Positions 51,758 through 60,739 of a stretch of 64,000 nt of DNA are shown here, in pieces. Source of the stretch: Nitrospinales bacterium (lineage in GTDB: Bacteria > Nitrospinota > Nitrospinia > Nitrospinales > VA-1); the NCBI GenBank assembly GCA_965223345.1, contig CBDCWG010000012.1, positions 2,176,001-2,240,000 on the forward strand. Reading direction: 5' to 3'. Made by a program: the position numbers and the translations under genes. Within the stretch, counting starts at the first letter, position 1. Each line of letters begins with the position of its first letter. The notes below the pieces were generated by a model. It had not been told where the DNA came from, made no database searches, and saw only the letters and a program-made list of their open reading frames with translations.

Positions 51758-52756
51758 TCAGAGTGTGACGTTTCTCAGGGTTTCGGCGGCGGATTCGGGC
51801 AGAACGGGATTGATGTAGAACCCGGTGCCTTGCTCGAAGCCCGCCATACGGGTCAGTTTGGGCATGATTTCGAAATGCCAGTGAAAGCGGTGCTCAAAAT
51901 GTCCGGTCAGGGGGGCGGTGTGCAGAAAAAAATTGTAGGGCGGTGCGTCCAGGGCCTGCCGCATGCGGTTCAACGACTCTTTGAAAATCGCGGCGAGCCG
52001 TTCGAACACCTCGGGGGTGCTGTTTTCGAAATGCGCGGCGTGGAACCGGGGCAGGATCCACATTTCGAAGGGAAACCGCGGCGCGTAGGGGCACAGGCAG
52101 ACGAAGGTTTCATTCATCGCCACGACCCGTTGCCCGTCCTTGATCTCCTGTTCGATGAGGTGACAGAAAATGCAGCGCTCTTCACCTTCAAAATGAAGAT
52201 TGGCTCCGGCGATTTCCTCGTTGACCAGTTCGGGGACGATGGGCAGCGCGATGAGCTGGCTGTGTGTGTGCTCCAGCGTGGCCCCCGCCACCTCGCCGTG
52301 ATTTTTGAATATGAGAATATAACGGAAGCGCGCATCCTGTTTGAGATCGAGAATCCGCGACCGGTACGCCATCAGGCAATCGGCGAAGCCGGATTCGGGC
52401 AGTTGGTCCAGATCCAGCGCGTGATCGGGGGATTCGATGATCACTTCGTGCGCGCCGATGCCGCTCAACTTTTCGAACAGCCCTTGGGAGGTATCCTGCA
52501 TGTCCCCTTCGATGCGCAGGGCGGGGAATTTGTTGGGAACCACACGCAGGCTCCAGCCGGGACCGTCCGGGGGCAATCCCTCGGGGCGGATGGCGTGCAC
52601 CTCCGGCGGCGTGGTGGATTCGTTGCCGGCGCAGAAGGGACACAGGCCTTTGTGGTTTTTTTTAACGGGACTGGGATATTCCTGCGGCCGTTTGCTCCGC
52701 TCTGTGGAAATGATCACCCACCGGTTGACGATGGGATCCTTTCTCAATTCGGGCAT
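51758..52756 (-). CDS. galT: GalT-like hexose-1-phosphate nucleotidyltransferase
   Basis: MPELRKDPI, CPFCAGNE, VVPNKFPAL, HTHSQ catalytic motif. Confidence 0.88.
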   Translation of the reverse strand: MPELRKDPIVNRWVIISTERSKRPQEYPSPVKKNHKGLCPFCAGNESTTPPEVHAIRPEGLPPDGPGWSLRVVPNKFPALRIEGDMQDTSQGLFEKLSGIGAHEVIIESPDHALDLDQLPESGFADCLMAYRSRILDLKQDARFRYILIFKNHGEVAGATLEHTHSQLIALPIVPELVNEEIAGANLHFEGEERCIFCHLIEQEIKDGQRVVAMNETFVCLCPYAPRFPFEMWILPRFHAAHFENSTPEVFERLAAIFKESLNRMRQALDAPPYNFFLHTAPLTGHFEHRFHWHFEIMPKLTRMAGFEQGTGFYINPVLPESAAETLRNVTL

Positions 52757-52897
52757 GCGGGGAAATCTCCGTGCGGGTTGGCGGACGGTGGAAGAGGGCA
52801 GAAAATTCAGAACGGCAATACTAATGAATGGTCTCATAAATGTCAAACCGCCGCCGGACGGGCGCTTGTCACCGGCCGGGAGGTGAGGGGAATGCCA

Positions 52898-52926
52898 TTG
52901 AATTCAATGCGGTGAGGGCCTATAAT
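52898..52926 (+). promoter_or_regulatory. Sigma70 promoter for coaBC
   Basis: TTGAAT-17bp-TATAAT. Confidence 0.65.
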
Positions 52927-53025
52927 CGACGGTAAGCATCCCATTGATAATCACGGCGGCGGGGCCGGACCGGGCCTTGCCGCACCATGCGGGACTCAAT
53001 GTTGAACCGCGATTGAAATCGGGCC

Positions 53026-54234
53026 ATGTCTGGATCGCTTAAAGGAAAAACCATCGTTTTGGGAGTCGCCGGGGGGATCGCCGCCTACAAGGCGGCCGAG
53101 CTGCTTCGCCTTTTGACCGGCGCGGGTGCGGATGTGTATGTGGTGATGAGCGCGAACGCCAAACAGTTCGTGACGCCGCTGACCTTCGAAGCGCTTTCAG
53201 GCCATCCGGTTTACCACACGGTGTTCGACGCCGACGACGCGCATTCCATGCAGCATATCAAGGCGGCGGAAAATGCCGACCTTCTGGTGGTCGCGCCGGC
53301 AACCGCCGGCTCGATCGGCAAAATGGCGGGCGGTCTGGCCGACGACGCGTTGTCCAACCTGTTCGTGGCCTTTCGCGGCCCGGTGATTCTGGCGCCTGCG
53401 ATGAACGACGGCATGTACGCCAACGCGGCGGTGCAGGAAAACATCTCCAAGATGAAAGTGCGTGGCGTCGAGTTTGTGGATCCCGAGCACGGCGAGCTGG
53501 CCTGCGGTTCGGTGGGGCAGGGGTGTCTTGCGGACCCAGCCCGTATCCTCGAAGCGGTGCAAAACCGCCTGCGGCTGCGCAACGATCTTGCGGGCTGCAA
53601 GCTATTGGTGACGGCGGGGCCCACGCAGGAGCCGCTGGATCCGGTGCGCTATCTGTCCAATCCCTCGTCGGGGAAAATGGGGTTCGCGGTTGCGGAGCAG
53701 GCGCGCTTGCGCGGTGCGGAGGTGGTTCTGATCAGCGGACCCACGCGGCTGCCCGCGCCGGAAGGGGTGAGCCTGCACCGCTGCCAGCGCGCTGCGGAGA
53801 TGCAGGCCCTGGTGCTCGAGCACTTTCCGCGTTGTGATGCGCTGGTGATGGTGGCGGCGGTGGGCGATTTCACGCCGGAGACGGTTGCAAAGGAAAAGAT
53901 CAAGAAAAAGGGCGGCGAGCCCCTGACGATCAAACTCGTCCCCACGCCGGACATCCTCGGCGAAGTCGCCAAAATCAAGACGCGTCAGGTGGTGGTCGGG
54001 TTTGCGGCGGAATCCGAGAACCTCATCGAGAGCGCGCAGGCCAAACTGCGCAAGAAAGATCTGGACTGGATCGTCGCCAACGACATCAGCGCTCCCGGCA
54101 TCGGGTTTCAGTCCGACTCCAACCAGGTGACGATCCTCAGCCGCGAGGGCGGCATCGAACCCCAGCCTCTGCTGAGCAAAAAAGAAATTGCCGGCCTGCT
54201 GCTCGATCGCATCAAAGCGCGGCTTTCCTCCTGA
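53026..54234 (+). CDS. coaBC: Phosphopantothenoylcysteine decarboxylase/synthetase
   Basis: GGIAAYKA, APAMN, GELACG, TAGPTQE.LDPVRY.SN.SSGKMG, VGFAAE. Confidence 0.95.
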   Translation: MSGSLKGKTIVLGVAGGIAAYKAAELLRLLTGAGADVYVVMSANAKQFVTPLTFEALSGHPVYHTVFDADDAHSMQHIKAAENADLLVVAPATAGSIGKMAGGLADDALSNLFVAFRGPVILAPAMNDGMYANAAVQENISKMKVRGVEFVDPEHGELACGSVGQGCLADPARILEAVQNRLRLRNDLAGCKLLVTAGPTQEPLDPVRYLSNPSSGKMGFAVAEQARLRGAEVVLISGPTRLPAPEGVSLHRCQRAAEMQALVLEHFPRCDALVMVAAVGDFTPETVAKEKIKKKGGEPLTIKLVPTPDILGEVAKIKTRQVVVGFAAESENLIESAQAKLRKKDLDWIVANDISAPGIGFQSDSNQVTILSREGGIEPQPLLSKKEIAGLLLDRIKARLSS

Positions 54235-54281
54235 AACACCCTTTGACGGGTGTCCTTCGTTCTTTCCCCAATTTCTGAATT

Positions 54282-55223
54282 CTACTTCAAGAGTGTGATG
54301 AGTTTGGTGCGGTTTGAGATGTTGAACTTTTTGTAGATGTTCTTGAGGTGGGTACGGATGGTGTGGATGCTGAGGTAAAACCGTTCGGCGATCTCGCGGT
54401 CGCTCAGCCCGTCGATGACCAGCATGCGGGTGATTTCCATTTCCCGTTTGGAGAGACCGGCTTTCTGCATCAACAGCTGACTGCAGGAATTGAGCTGTTG
54501 CAGGGAATGGCCCTGTGCGACTTTTTTCTTGGGCGTATCCTTTGCGGTTGTTTGCCGCACGAGGCTGACAATATTCTGTTGCGTCAATCCCGGAGTACCC
54601 ACTTTATGCAGTGTGTGGCAGGTGAACACGGTGTTGCCGGTTTTTGCGAGGCAGCGGATATCCAAGGAAAAACCGTTGAGGGTGCCTGAGAACACCTGGT
54701 TTGAGAGGAAAAAATAGTTCTCCGCATCTTCGGGGTGGATCAACGCATTCCAGTTCAAATCCAGCAATTCCCGCCGGCTGTCGTAACCCAGGGTTTCGCA
54801 AAGATGCTGATTGACGTCCCTCAGCTTATGTTTGCTACAGGAGAGGGCGATCCCCAGAGGTTCGCGAAAGCTGAAATTGAAGTCGGAGTTGAGGACCGCG
54901 TTTCTGTCCTGCGACAGCCGTTCGTGGAGATAAACCCCCAGGTTGAGAATCTGCAATTCATCGTAGCGGGAAGTCAGCGGGCTGTTTGGATATTTCCGCG
55001 TTCGGGGGGGCAGCTTCGGGGCAATCCATCGTTGCTCTTGCGGAGCGGGGGAACCGAGGCCGAATTTTTTGATGTGGATGAGATCCGATTTTGCCGGATG
55101 AATTTTACGCCTGCCTCTGGCTGTGGGGGTGCCGGAGTCCACGCACGGTTCTGATTGCTGCAGCGCTTGTTTGCGTGAGGAGCCGATGTTCGACGGCTTT
55201 GCGCGTGTCTTTACTCCAGCCAT
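54282..55223 (-). CDS. PAS-LuxR transcriptional regulator, divergent from curli operon
   Basis: VN..LCETLGY..IHPED PAS; LSKREMEI..GLSDREIA..S.HTIRTHLKNIYKK LuxR HTH; start uncertain. Confidence 0.82.
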   Translation of the reverse strand: MAGVKTRAKPSNIGSSRKQALQQSEPCVDSGTPTARGRRKIHPAKSDLIHIKKFGLGSPAPQEQRWIAPKLPPRTRKYPNSPLTSRYDELQILNLGVYLHERLSQDRNAVLNSDFNFSFREPLGIALSCSKHKLRDVNQHLCETLGYDSRRELLDLNWNALIHPEDAENYFFLSNQVFSGTLNGFSLDIRCLAKTGNTVFTCHTLHKVGTPGLTQQNIVSLVRQTTAKDTPKKKVAQGHSLQQLNSCSQLLMQKAGLSKREMEITRMLVIDGLSDREIAERFYLSIHTIRTHLKNIYKKFNISNRTKLITLLK

Positions 55224-56249
55224 GTGAAGGTCCCCGAATCAACCAAAAGCCGTTTCCTTAAGAATCGTGAATATAAAGTGAGAGAATTCGCAGCGTTGAA
55301 TTGCGGCACTGCAGAAATCCGGCTGTCCTTCTTTTGGATCGAATGTGTCCTGGGGGGATCCGGCCGATCGCCCGCATGGATCTCAATGCGCCTGTATCAT
55401 TTTGTGCTGATGACAATATAGGCAAATTCAAAAATGCGCAATGATTAAATTTGATTATCAATAAGAGTGCAGAAACAAAATTGAGTTTGATAAAGCTGAT
55501 TTGTTTAAAAAAGAGTCAAATGGGGTGGGGGAGGGGCGAAACCCATTTCCGGTAAAAAATGGGAATGCCTATAGTGGCTTTTTTCTAAATCTGTTGGGAT
55601 TGTTGAAATACCGTGAACAATATCCCCGGCGATTCATTCATTGGCATTATTGAGAAAAAATGGGTTCCCGGTTTCTATAAAAGGTTTGATTATTTTTTCA
55701 GATGGAGGTTCTCAAAGGCCGTGCCGGGAGCCGGAGTGGGTGGTCCGTATCGGTCCTTTTGTGGAAATTCGCCCGTAAAGTCCGCATTGCTTTTAACGAG
55801 TTTTAATGATTTTGATGCCAATCTAATCAAAACGCCACGGATACAGATCCAAAAAATCCTCTTATTTTACCTTCCTCGATAAACTTTCATTCTATTTCTT
55901 TCTTTTAACTCTTCACTTTGTCGATGATTTCTGACGCGGTTTGTAAGGGAATTGCGAGATCATCGATAGCCTCAATAAATCACTACTATTAGGTATTGCC
56001 AATCATTTGGCTGAGGCGTACTGTGCAAAAACCCACGAGTCCAAATATGTGATTTGCGTCCGCTGTTTTTGCGATTCAGGTCACATATAAATTAAAGAAT
56101 TCAAATGTAAGTCTGAAAGGGAATCTGGCCGGAAACCCTTTCCTGACAGATTTACATCCCGACATTTATTGATATGTGTTTTCAAAACTACCGGAGACAT
56201 TCGTTCGCAAAACATCGCAGCGGAAAAATATGAAGGGGGAGGTCATTTT

Positions 56250-58124
56250 ATGAAGGGCAATCCGCGAGACTCAAAATCCCATCTGTTTCAGCTCACCGCA
56301 ATACCTTTGTTTACATTCCTTGCTTTCATTTTTCTCATTGCCAATCCACTGCAAAACGCCATGGCCGAGTTGGTCGAGATCCAGCAGGACGGAAGTGAAA
56401 ACGCGGTCATTGTAGACACAAATCCCACATCTTCTCTTGAAGCACTTGTATCCATCGAGCAGGTCGGGGACAGCAACTCGTTTCAACTGACACGTGAGGG
56501 CGACGGTCACATATTGGATTTGAGCCAAGTCGGGCCTGATAATTTCGGAGACTTCACACAAACCGGTTTCGCAAACATCATCCGCCTGGCGCAAGTCAGT
56601 CTTGGTGATAACGCAGGCAACTCCGCAACGATCGAGCAGAGGGATGGCACCGGCAACGAGGCGACGGTTGAACAAGACGGGCTTTCCAATCTTTTGGTAC
56701 TGGCGCAGGTTGGCAACGGAAATATTGGATTCATCACTCAAAACGGTTTTTCCAATCAAACCACTGCTTCCCAGACTGGAGATATCAATACTCTGAATAT
56801 TTCACAGACCGGCCAGGAGCAGGTGGCCTCTGTTGTGCAGGATGGTTCCGGCAACAGAGCGACCGTCACTCAAAACGGTGGCCCTACAAACCTGGCATCG
56901 GTTCTGCAGGTTGGGCAGGGGCATGAGGCCACGGTCAATCAGGATGGCAGCAACCTGAGCGCAAACATCACGCAAAGTGAAGGTGATTTCAATGTCGCGA
57001 GTGTCACTCAGATCGGGCAGGAACATCTGGCGACGCTGCTGCAGCAGGGCACGAACAATCAGGGGACGATCACGCAGCAGGGCGGTCTGACGAATGTCGC
57101 CTCGCTGGAGCAGATCGGCCAGAGTCATACCGGAATTATATTCCAGGACGGCAGCAACCTGACGGCGAATGTCACGCAGACCGGCGGCAGCTTCAATGTT
57201 GCGTCCGTCGAGCAAGTGGGTGAAGACCTGCTGGCAACGATTCTGCAGGATGGCAGCGACAACACTGGAACAGTGATCCAAAACGGCACGTTCAACGTCG
57301 TGGCCCTGCTGGAACAGATTGGGGACGGCAATAACGCGACCATAAACCAGAACGGTGAAAATCTGGATGCGAGTATCGTTCAGGATGGAAACACCAACAC
57401 GGCAAACGTGACCCAGGACGGCAGCAGCCTCATAGCCAGCGTCACCCAGACCGGAGACGACAATGCGGCTACGGTCACCCAGGATGGCAGCAACATCATC
57501 GCCAGTGTGACACAGAGTGGCAACGGCAACACGGCTTCCGTCGATCAAACAGGGGACAGTCTGGATGCCAGCGTCACTCAGACGGGAGACAGCAACACGG
57601 CTACGGTCACTCAGGATGGCAGCAACCTGGTTGCGAGCATCGACCAGGATGGCATCGATCATGAAGCCACTATTCTGCAAACCGGCAATGATCTGGATGC
57701 AACCATTGACCAGAGTGGTTCGGGGCAAACTGCTCTCATCACTCAGGACGGCAGCAATCTCAATGCGAGCATTCTGCAGTCCGGCAGCGGGAATATCGGT
57801 GAGATCGCGCAGAACGGCAGCGACCTGGCCGCGGGCATCATCCAGCAGGGCGGATCCGGAAACGTTGGATTCATCCAGCAGGGTGGCAGCGGAAACATTG
57901 CGAATATTTTTCAGGACGGCAGCCTGAACCAGGCGTCGATCGTCCAGTTCGATAACAACAATAATGCGACGATCAATCAGCTCGGCAACGGAAACCTTGC
58001 CGGAATCATTCAAAGTGGTGGCAGCAATTCCGCGATCATCAATCAGACCGGCGGCGGCCCCGCTGTTATCGTGAATCAAACCGGCAATGGGGTGTTCCCC
58101 TTGCCGATCGTTCCGGGACCCTGA
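56250..58124 (+). CDS. Large curlin-repeat protein (~25 repeats)
   Basis: Signal peptide; ~51 half-repeats of N-x-A-x-[IV]-x-Q-x-G; start ATG 56250 after GGAGG. Confidence 0.88.
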   Translation: MKGNPRDSKSHLFQLTAIPLFTFLAFIFLIANPLQNAMAELVEIQQDGSENAVIVDTNPTSSLEALVSIEQVGDSNSFQLTREGDGHILDLSQVGPDNFGDFTQTGFANIIRLAQVSLGDNAGNSATIEQRDGTGNEATVEQDGLSNLLVLAQVGNGNIGFITQNGFSNQTTASQTGDINTLNISQTGQEQVASVVQDGSGNRATVTQNGGPTNLASVLQVGQGHEATVNQDGSNLSANITQSEGDFNVASVTQIGQEHLATLLQQGTNNQGTITQQGGLTNVASLEQIGQSHTGIIFQDGSNLTANVTQTGGSFNVASVEQVGEDLLATILQDGSDNTGTVIQNGTFNVVALLEQIGDGNNATINQNGENLDASIVQDGNTNTANVTQDGSSLIASVTQTGDDNAATVTQDGSNIIASVTQSGNGNTASVDQTGDSLDASVTQTGDSNTATVTQDGSNLVASIDQDGIDHEATILQTGNDLDATIDQSGSGQTALITQDGSNLNASILQSGSGNIGEIAQNGSDLAAGIIQQGGSGNVGFIQQGGSGNIANIFQDGSLNQASIVQFDNNNNATINQLGNGNLAGIIQSGGSNSAIINQTGGGPAVIVNQTGNGVFPLPIVPGP

Positions 58125-58281
58125 AGCAAGGCGGGTTCCTTAAAATAAGCAGTTGAATGAATTTTATCGTTCGATCAAGAAAGGAGGAAAAAACCGTTTG
58201 TTTGGAAGTGAACGCAGTAAAGCTAGCTTTAATGCAACAGTTGAAAATTCTCTTTATTCACAAAGCTAAGGGAGAAAAACA

Positions 58282-59535
58282 ATGAAACGGTTTCATATGA
58301 GTATTATCGCTGTTTTCGCGGCGGTATTGCTGACCGGAAGCCTGGCGATGGCGGATAACGAAGCAAACGTCAACCAGGATGCTTCCAAAAACAATCAGGC
58401 TGAAGTTGAGCAGCTGGGCAACAGCAGCACCGCCAATGTTGACCAGAGCTACAGCCAAGGCAATACGGCATCTGTTTATCAGAAAAACCAGACCGGCAGC
58501 CATCAGACTGCAAATATCTATCAAAGCGGCAATGCTTCCAATTGGAACAGCGGTCAGATCGACCAGGTCTTTTCCCAGGGCAGCAATGCGACGATCGATC
58601 AGAATTGGACGGAACGAAGCGTCGCCTACATCGGACAGAACGATGTCTGGTGGACGGATGCCGAGATCGAGCAGCATGGCGGTGATCACATGGCCAGCAT
58701 TCACCAGAGTTCTCTTAACGGGAATTATGGCGATCATTCCTATGCCCGGATCGAGCAGCATGGCTGGTTCCAGAGCGGTAAAATCACCCAGCAGGGCAGC
58801 AGCTATACGAAAGCCCACATCCATCAGACGGGTGATTACCACAAAGCCGAAATCGATCAATACGATGCCGATGACAGTAAAGCAGTTATCAAGCAGAGCG
58901 GCGTCGTGGGTTATGGCAATGGCAACAAAGCCAAAATCACCCAGACCTATGTCGATTATTCCGAGGCTTCCATTGAACAGTGGGGCGAAAGGAACCGCGC
59001 ATGGGTGAACCAGTTCAGAGGTGAAGGCCTGAAAGCCGAAGTGATCCAGAAGGGCAAGGACAACAAGGCAACCGTACACCAAAGCGGAAAAAATCATAGT
59101 GCCAAGGTGCATCAGGGAGCTTTCGGCAACGGTCCTTGTCAATTTTGTAATGCCGTTGTGTATCAGCATGGTACCGGTGGACATAACGCTCACATTGACC
59201 AGAACGGTTACCAGCTGACGGCTCTGGTTGCTCAGACTGGGCAATTTGAAAACAACGCTAATGTCAGCCAGATTGGTGGTTCTCAGAATCTCGCCATCGT
59301 GATTCAAGGCGAGGCCCCGGAAGCCATCGGTCCGGCAGACGGTCCTTGGGAAGGCAAGCATGCCTGGAAAAACTCCATGCCCATGGATCCGGATATGCCC
59401 TGGATTCCCTACAACCGGGAAATCAGAGATCCGAAGTTTGTGAACTGGACGAAGGACAGCCCGCATGGTGCTAATCCCTATCGTTCCGGTCCGAGTGTGT
59501 TCCCGGGTGGCGGCGTTTTCCTGGGACCGCAGTAA
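58282..59535 (+). CDS. Curlin-repeat protein (~13 repeats) with C-terminal non-repeat tail
   Basis: Signal peptide ending AMA; ~26 A-x-[IV]-x-Q half-repeats; RBS GGAG. Confidence 0.88.
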   Translation: MKRFHMSIIAVFAAVLLTGSLAMADNEANVNQDASKNNQAEVEQLGNSSTANVDQSYSQGNTASVYQKNQTGSHQTANIYQSGNASNWNSGQIDQVFSQGSNATIDQNWTERSVAYIGQNDVWWTDAEIEQHGGDHMASIHQSSLNGNYGDHSYARIEQHGWFQSGKITQQGSSYTKAHIHQTGDYHKAEIDQYDADDSKAVIKQSGVVGYGNGNKAKITQTYVDYSEASIEQWGERNRAWVNQFRGEGLKAEVIQKGKDNKATVHQSGKNHSAKVHQGAFGNGPCQFCNAVVYQHGTGGHNAHIDQNGYQLTALVAQTGQFENNANVSQIGGSQNLAIVIQGEAPEAIGPADGPWEGKHAWKNSMPMDPDMPWIPYNREIRDPKFVNWTKDSPHGANPYRSGPSVFPGGGVFLGPQ

Positions 59536-59608
59536 GACAAGTTGGATAAAGCCATTGTTTGAAGTCGTGGGTGAAGTTTCTTGATTGACTTCTCCTAAGA
59601 TTCGAATG

Positions 59609-59647
59609 GGAAGAGGGGGGGGGTCCTCCCTCTTCCACGGCTTTTTT
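59609..59647 (+). terminator. Hairpin/T-tract between curlin genes and csgE
   Basis: ggaagagggggg..cctccctcttcc then acggctttttt. Confidence 0.55.
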
Positions 59648-59658
59648 AATGAACGGAT

Positions 59659-60162
59659 ATGACTGAAATACAAAAAAAAAGATATGGCATGAAAACGTTT
59701 GAAACCTGTGGTGAAGGGTTCCCTGTGTCCGTGGGGTCTCATCACCAAGCGCTTCAAACGATCCTGTTGTTTGCATTTTGCCTGATATTTGTTTTTGCAA
59801 TGCTGGTTACTCCGGCAGCGGCTCAGAAGGATCTTGGCGAAGATACCGACGAATGGCTGGGCATAACCGGACTCATCGTCGATGAAACCATGACGAAAGC
59901 CGGGCGGGATTTCTACGAATATTTCAGCACCTATTGGCAGCCCATTCGCGGGATGGATTACACGATCTATATCGAGGAGCGGGCGGATGTGATTCGCGGC
60001 AGCCAGTTCTGGGTGAAAGTCGATGACGATGTGGTGCATCAGTTCCGTCTCAGTCCACGGCAAGGGCAGATCGAAGAACTCGCTGGATATACCGTATCGA
60101 GAGTTTATGGCTACCTCATGCAGCGTCTCACGGTTAAAAAACAACTCGAAGAGCTTTATTAA
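59659..60162 (+). CDS. csgE: Curli assembly protein CsgE
   Basis: GLIVDETMTKAGRDFYEYFS..W..Y.I.I.ER..RGS..V.V; start may be downstream. Confidence 0.88.
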   Translation: MTEIQKKRYGMKTFETCGEGFPVSVGSHHQALQTILLFAFCLIFVFAMLVTPAAAQKDLGEDTDEWLGITGLIVDETMTKAGRDFYEYFSTYWQPIRGMDYTIYIEERADVIRGSQFWVKVDDDVVHQFRLSPRQGQIEELAGYTVSRVYGYLMQRLTVKKQLEELY

Positions 60163-60180
60163 TTTTATTTGAGGAACATC

Positions 60181-60612
60181 ATGAAATCATTCATTGGATT
60201 TTTGGGGCTGGCTCTTGTGATGAGCTTTTTTGCGATCGCAAAGCCCGTTATGGGAGCGGAGCTGACGCATAGTTTTGTCAACCCGAACTTCGGAGGAAGT
60301 CCTTTCAACGGGGCGCATCAACTGGCCAACGCCACCTCGCAGAACAAGTTCAAAGAACCGCAGGATGCTTTCAGCAGTTCTTCCTTTATTCAGTCTTTTG
60401 CAGACAGGCTGGACAGGGCGATTGTCAACCAGCTTGCTTTCAGTCTCGTTGACAATGCTTTTGATGGTGTTGATGAAATCGGCGATGGCGTTTTCGATAC
60501 CGGAATCAATACCATTACGGTTGAGAGTCTGGGTGACTCCACTCTGGTTACGATTCAGGACAACGCAACGGGCGAGTCTTCCACAGTGGAAATTCCCAAC
60601 TTTACGCCCTGA
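60181..60612 (+). CDS. csgF: Curli assembly protein CsgF
   Basis: Mature N-terminus ELTHSFVNPNFGGSPFNG..LANATSQN; TGESSTVEIP. Confidence 0.92.
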   Translation: MKSFIGFLGLALVMSFFAIAKPVMGAELTHSFVNPNFGGSPFNGAHQLANATSQNKFKEPQDAFSSSSFIQSFADRLDRAIVNQLAFSLVDNAFDGVDEIGDGVFDTGINTITVESLGDSTLVTIQDNATGESSTVEIPNFTP

Positions 60613-60739
60613 ATAATAAAAATATAAAGCAGGAACAATCTTCAACTTATATAAATGGAAGGGATGAGGATAGAAATTCCGCTTTTTCTGGAGACAGATG
60701 GGACCGGGAGCGGATAAAGAAATCCTCAGGACATCAGCG

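Noticed and set aside
56800..57900. Periodic DNA repeats resembling an array
   Set aside because: Degenerate, in-frame coding repeats of curlin; no identical repeats with unique spacers, no cas genes
58258..60144. 628-aa minus-strand ORF (and 56802-58079)
   Set aside because: Antisense shadows of curlin/csgE genes; no motifs
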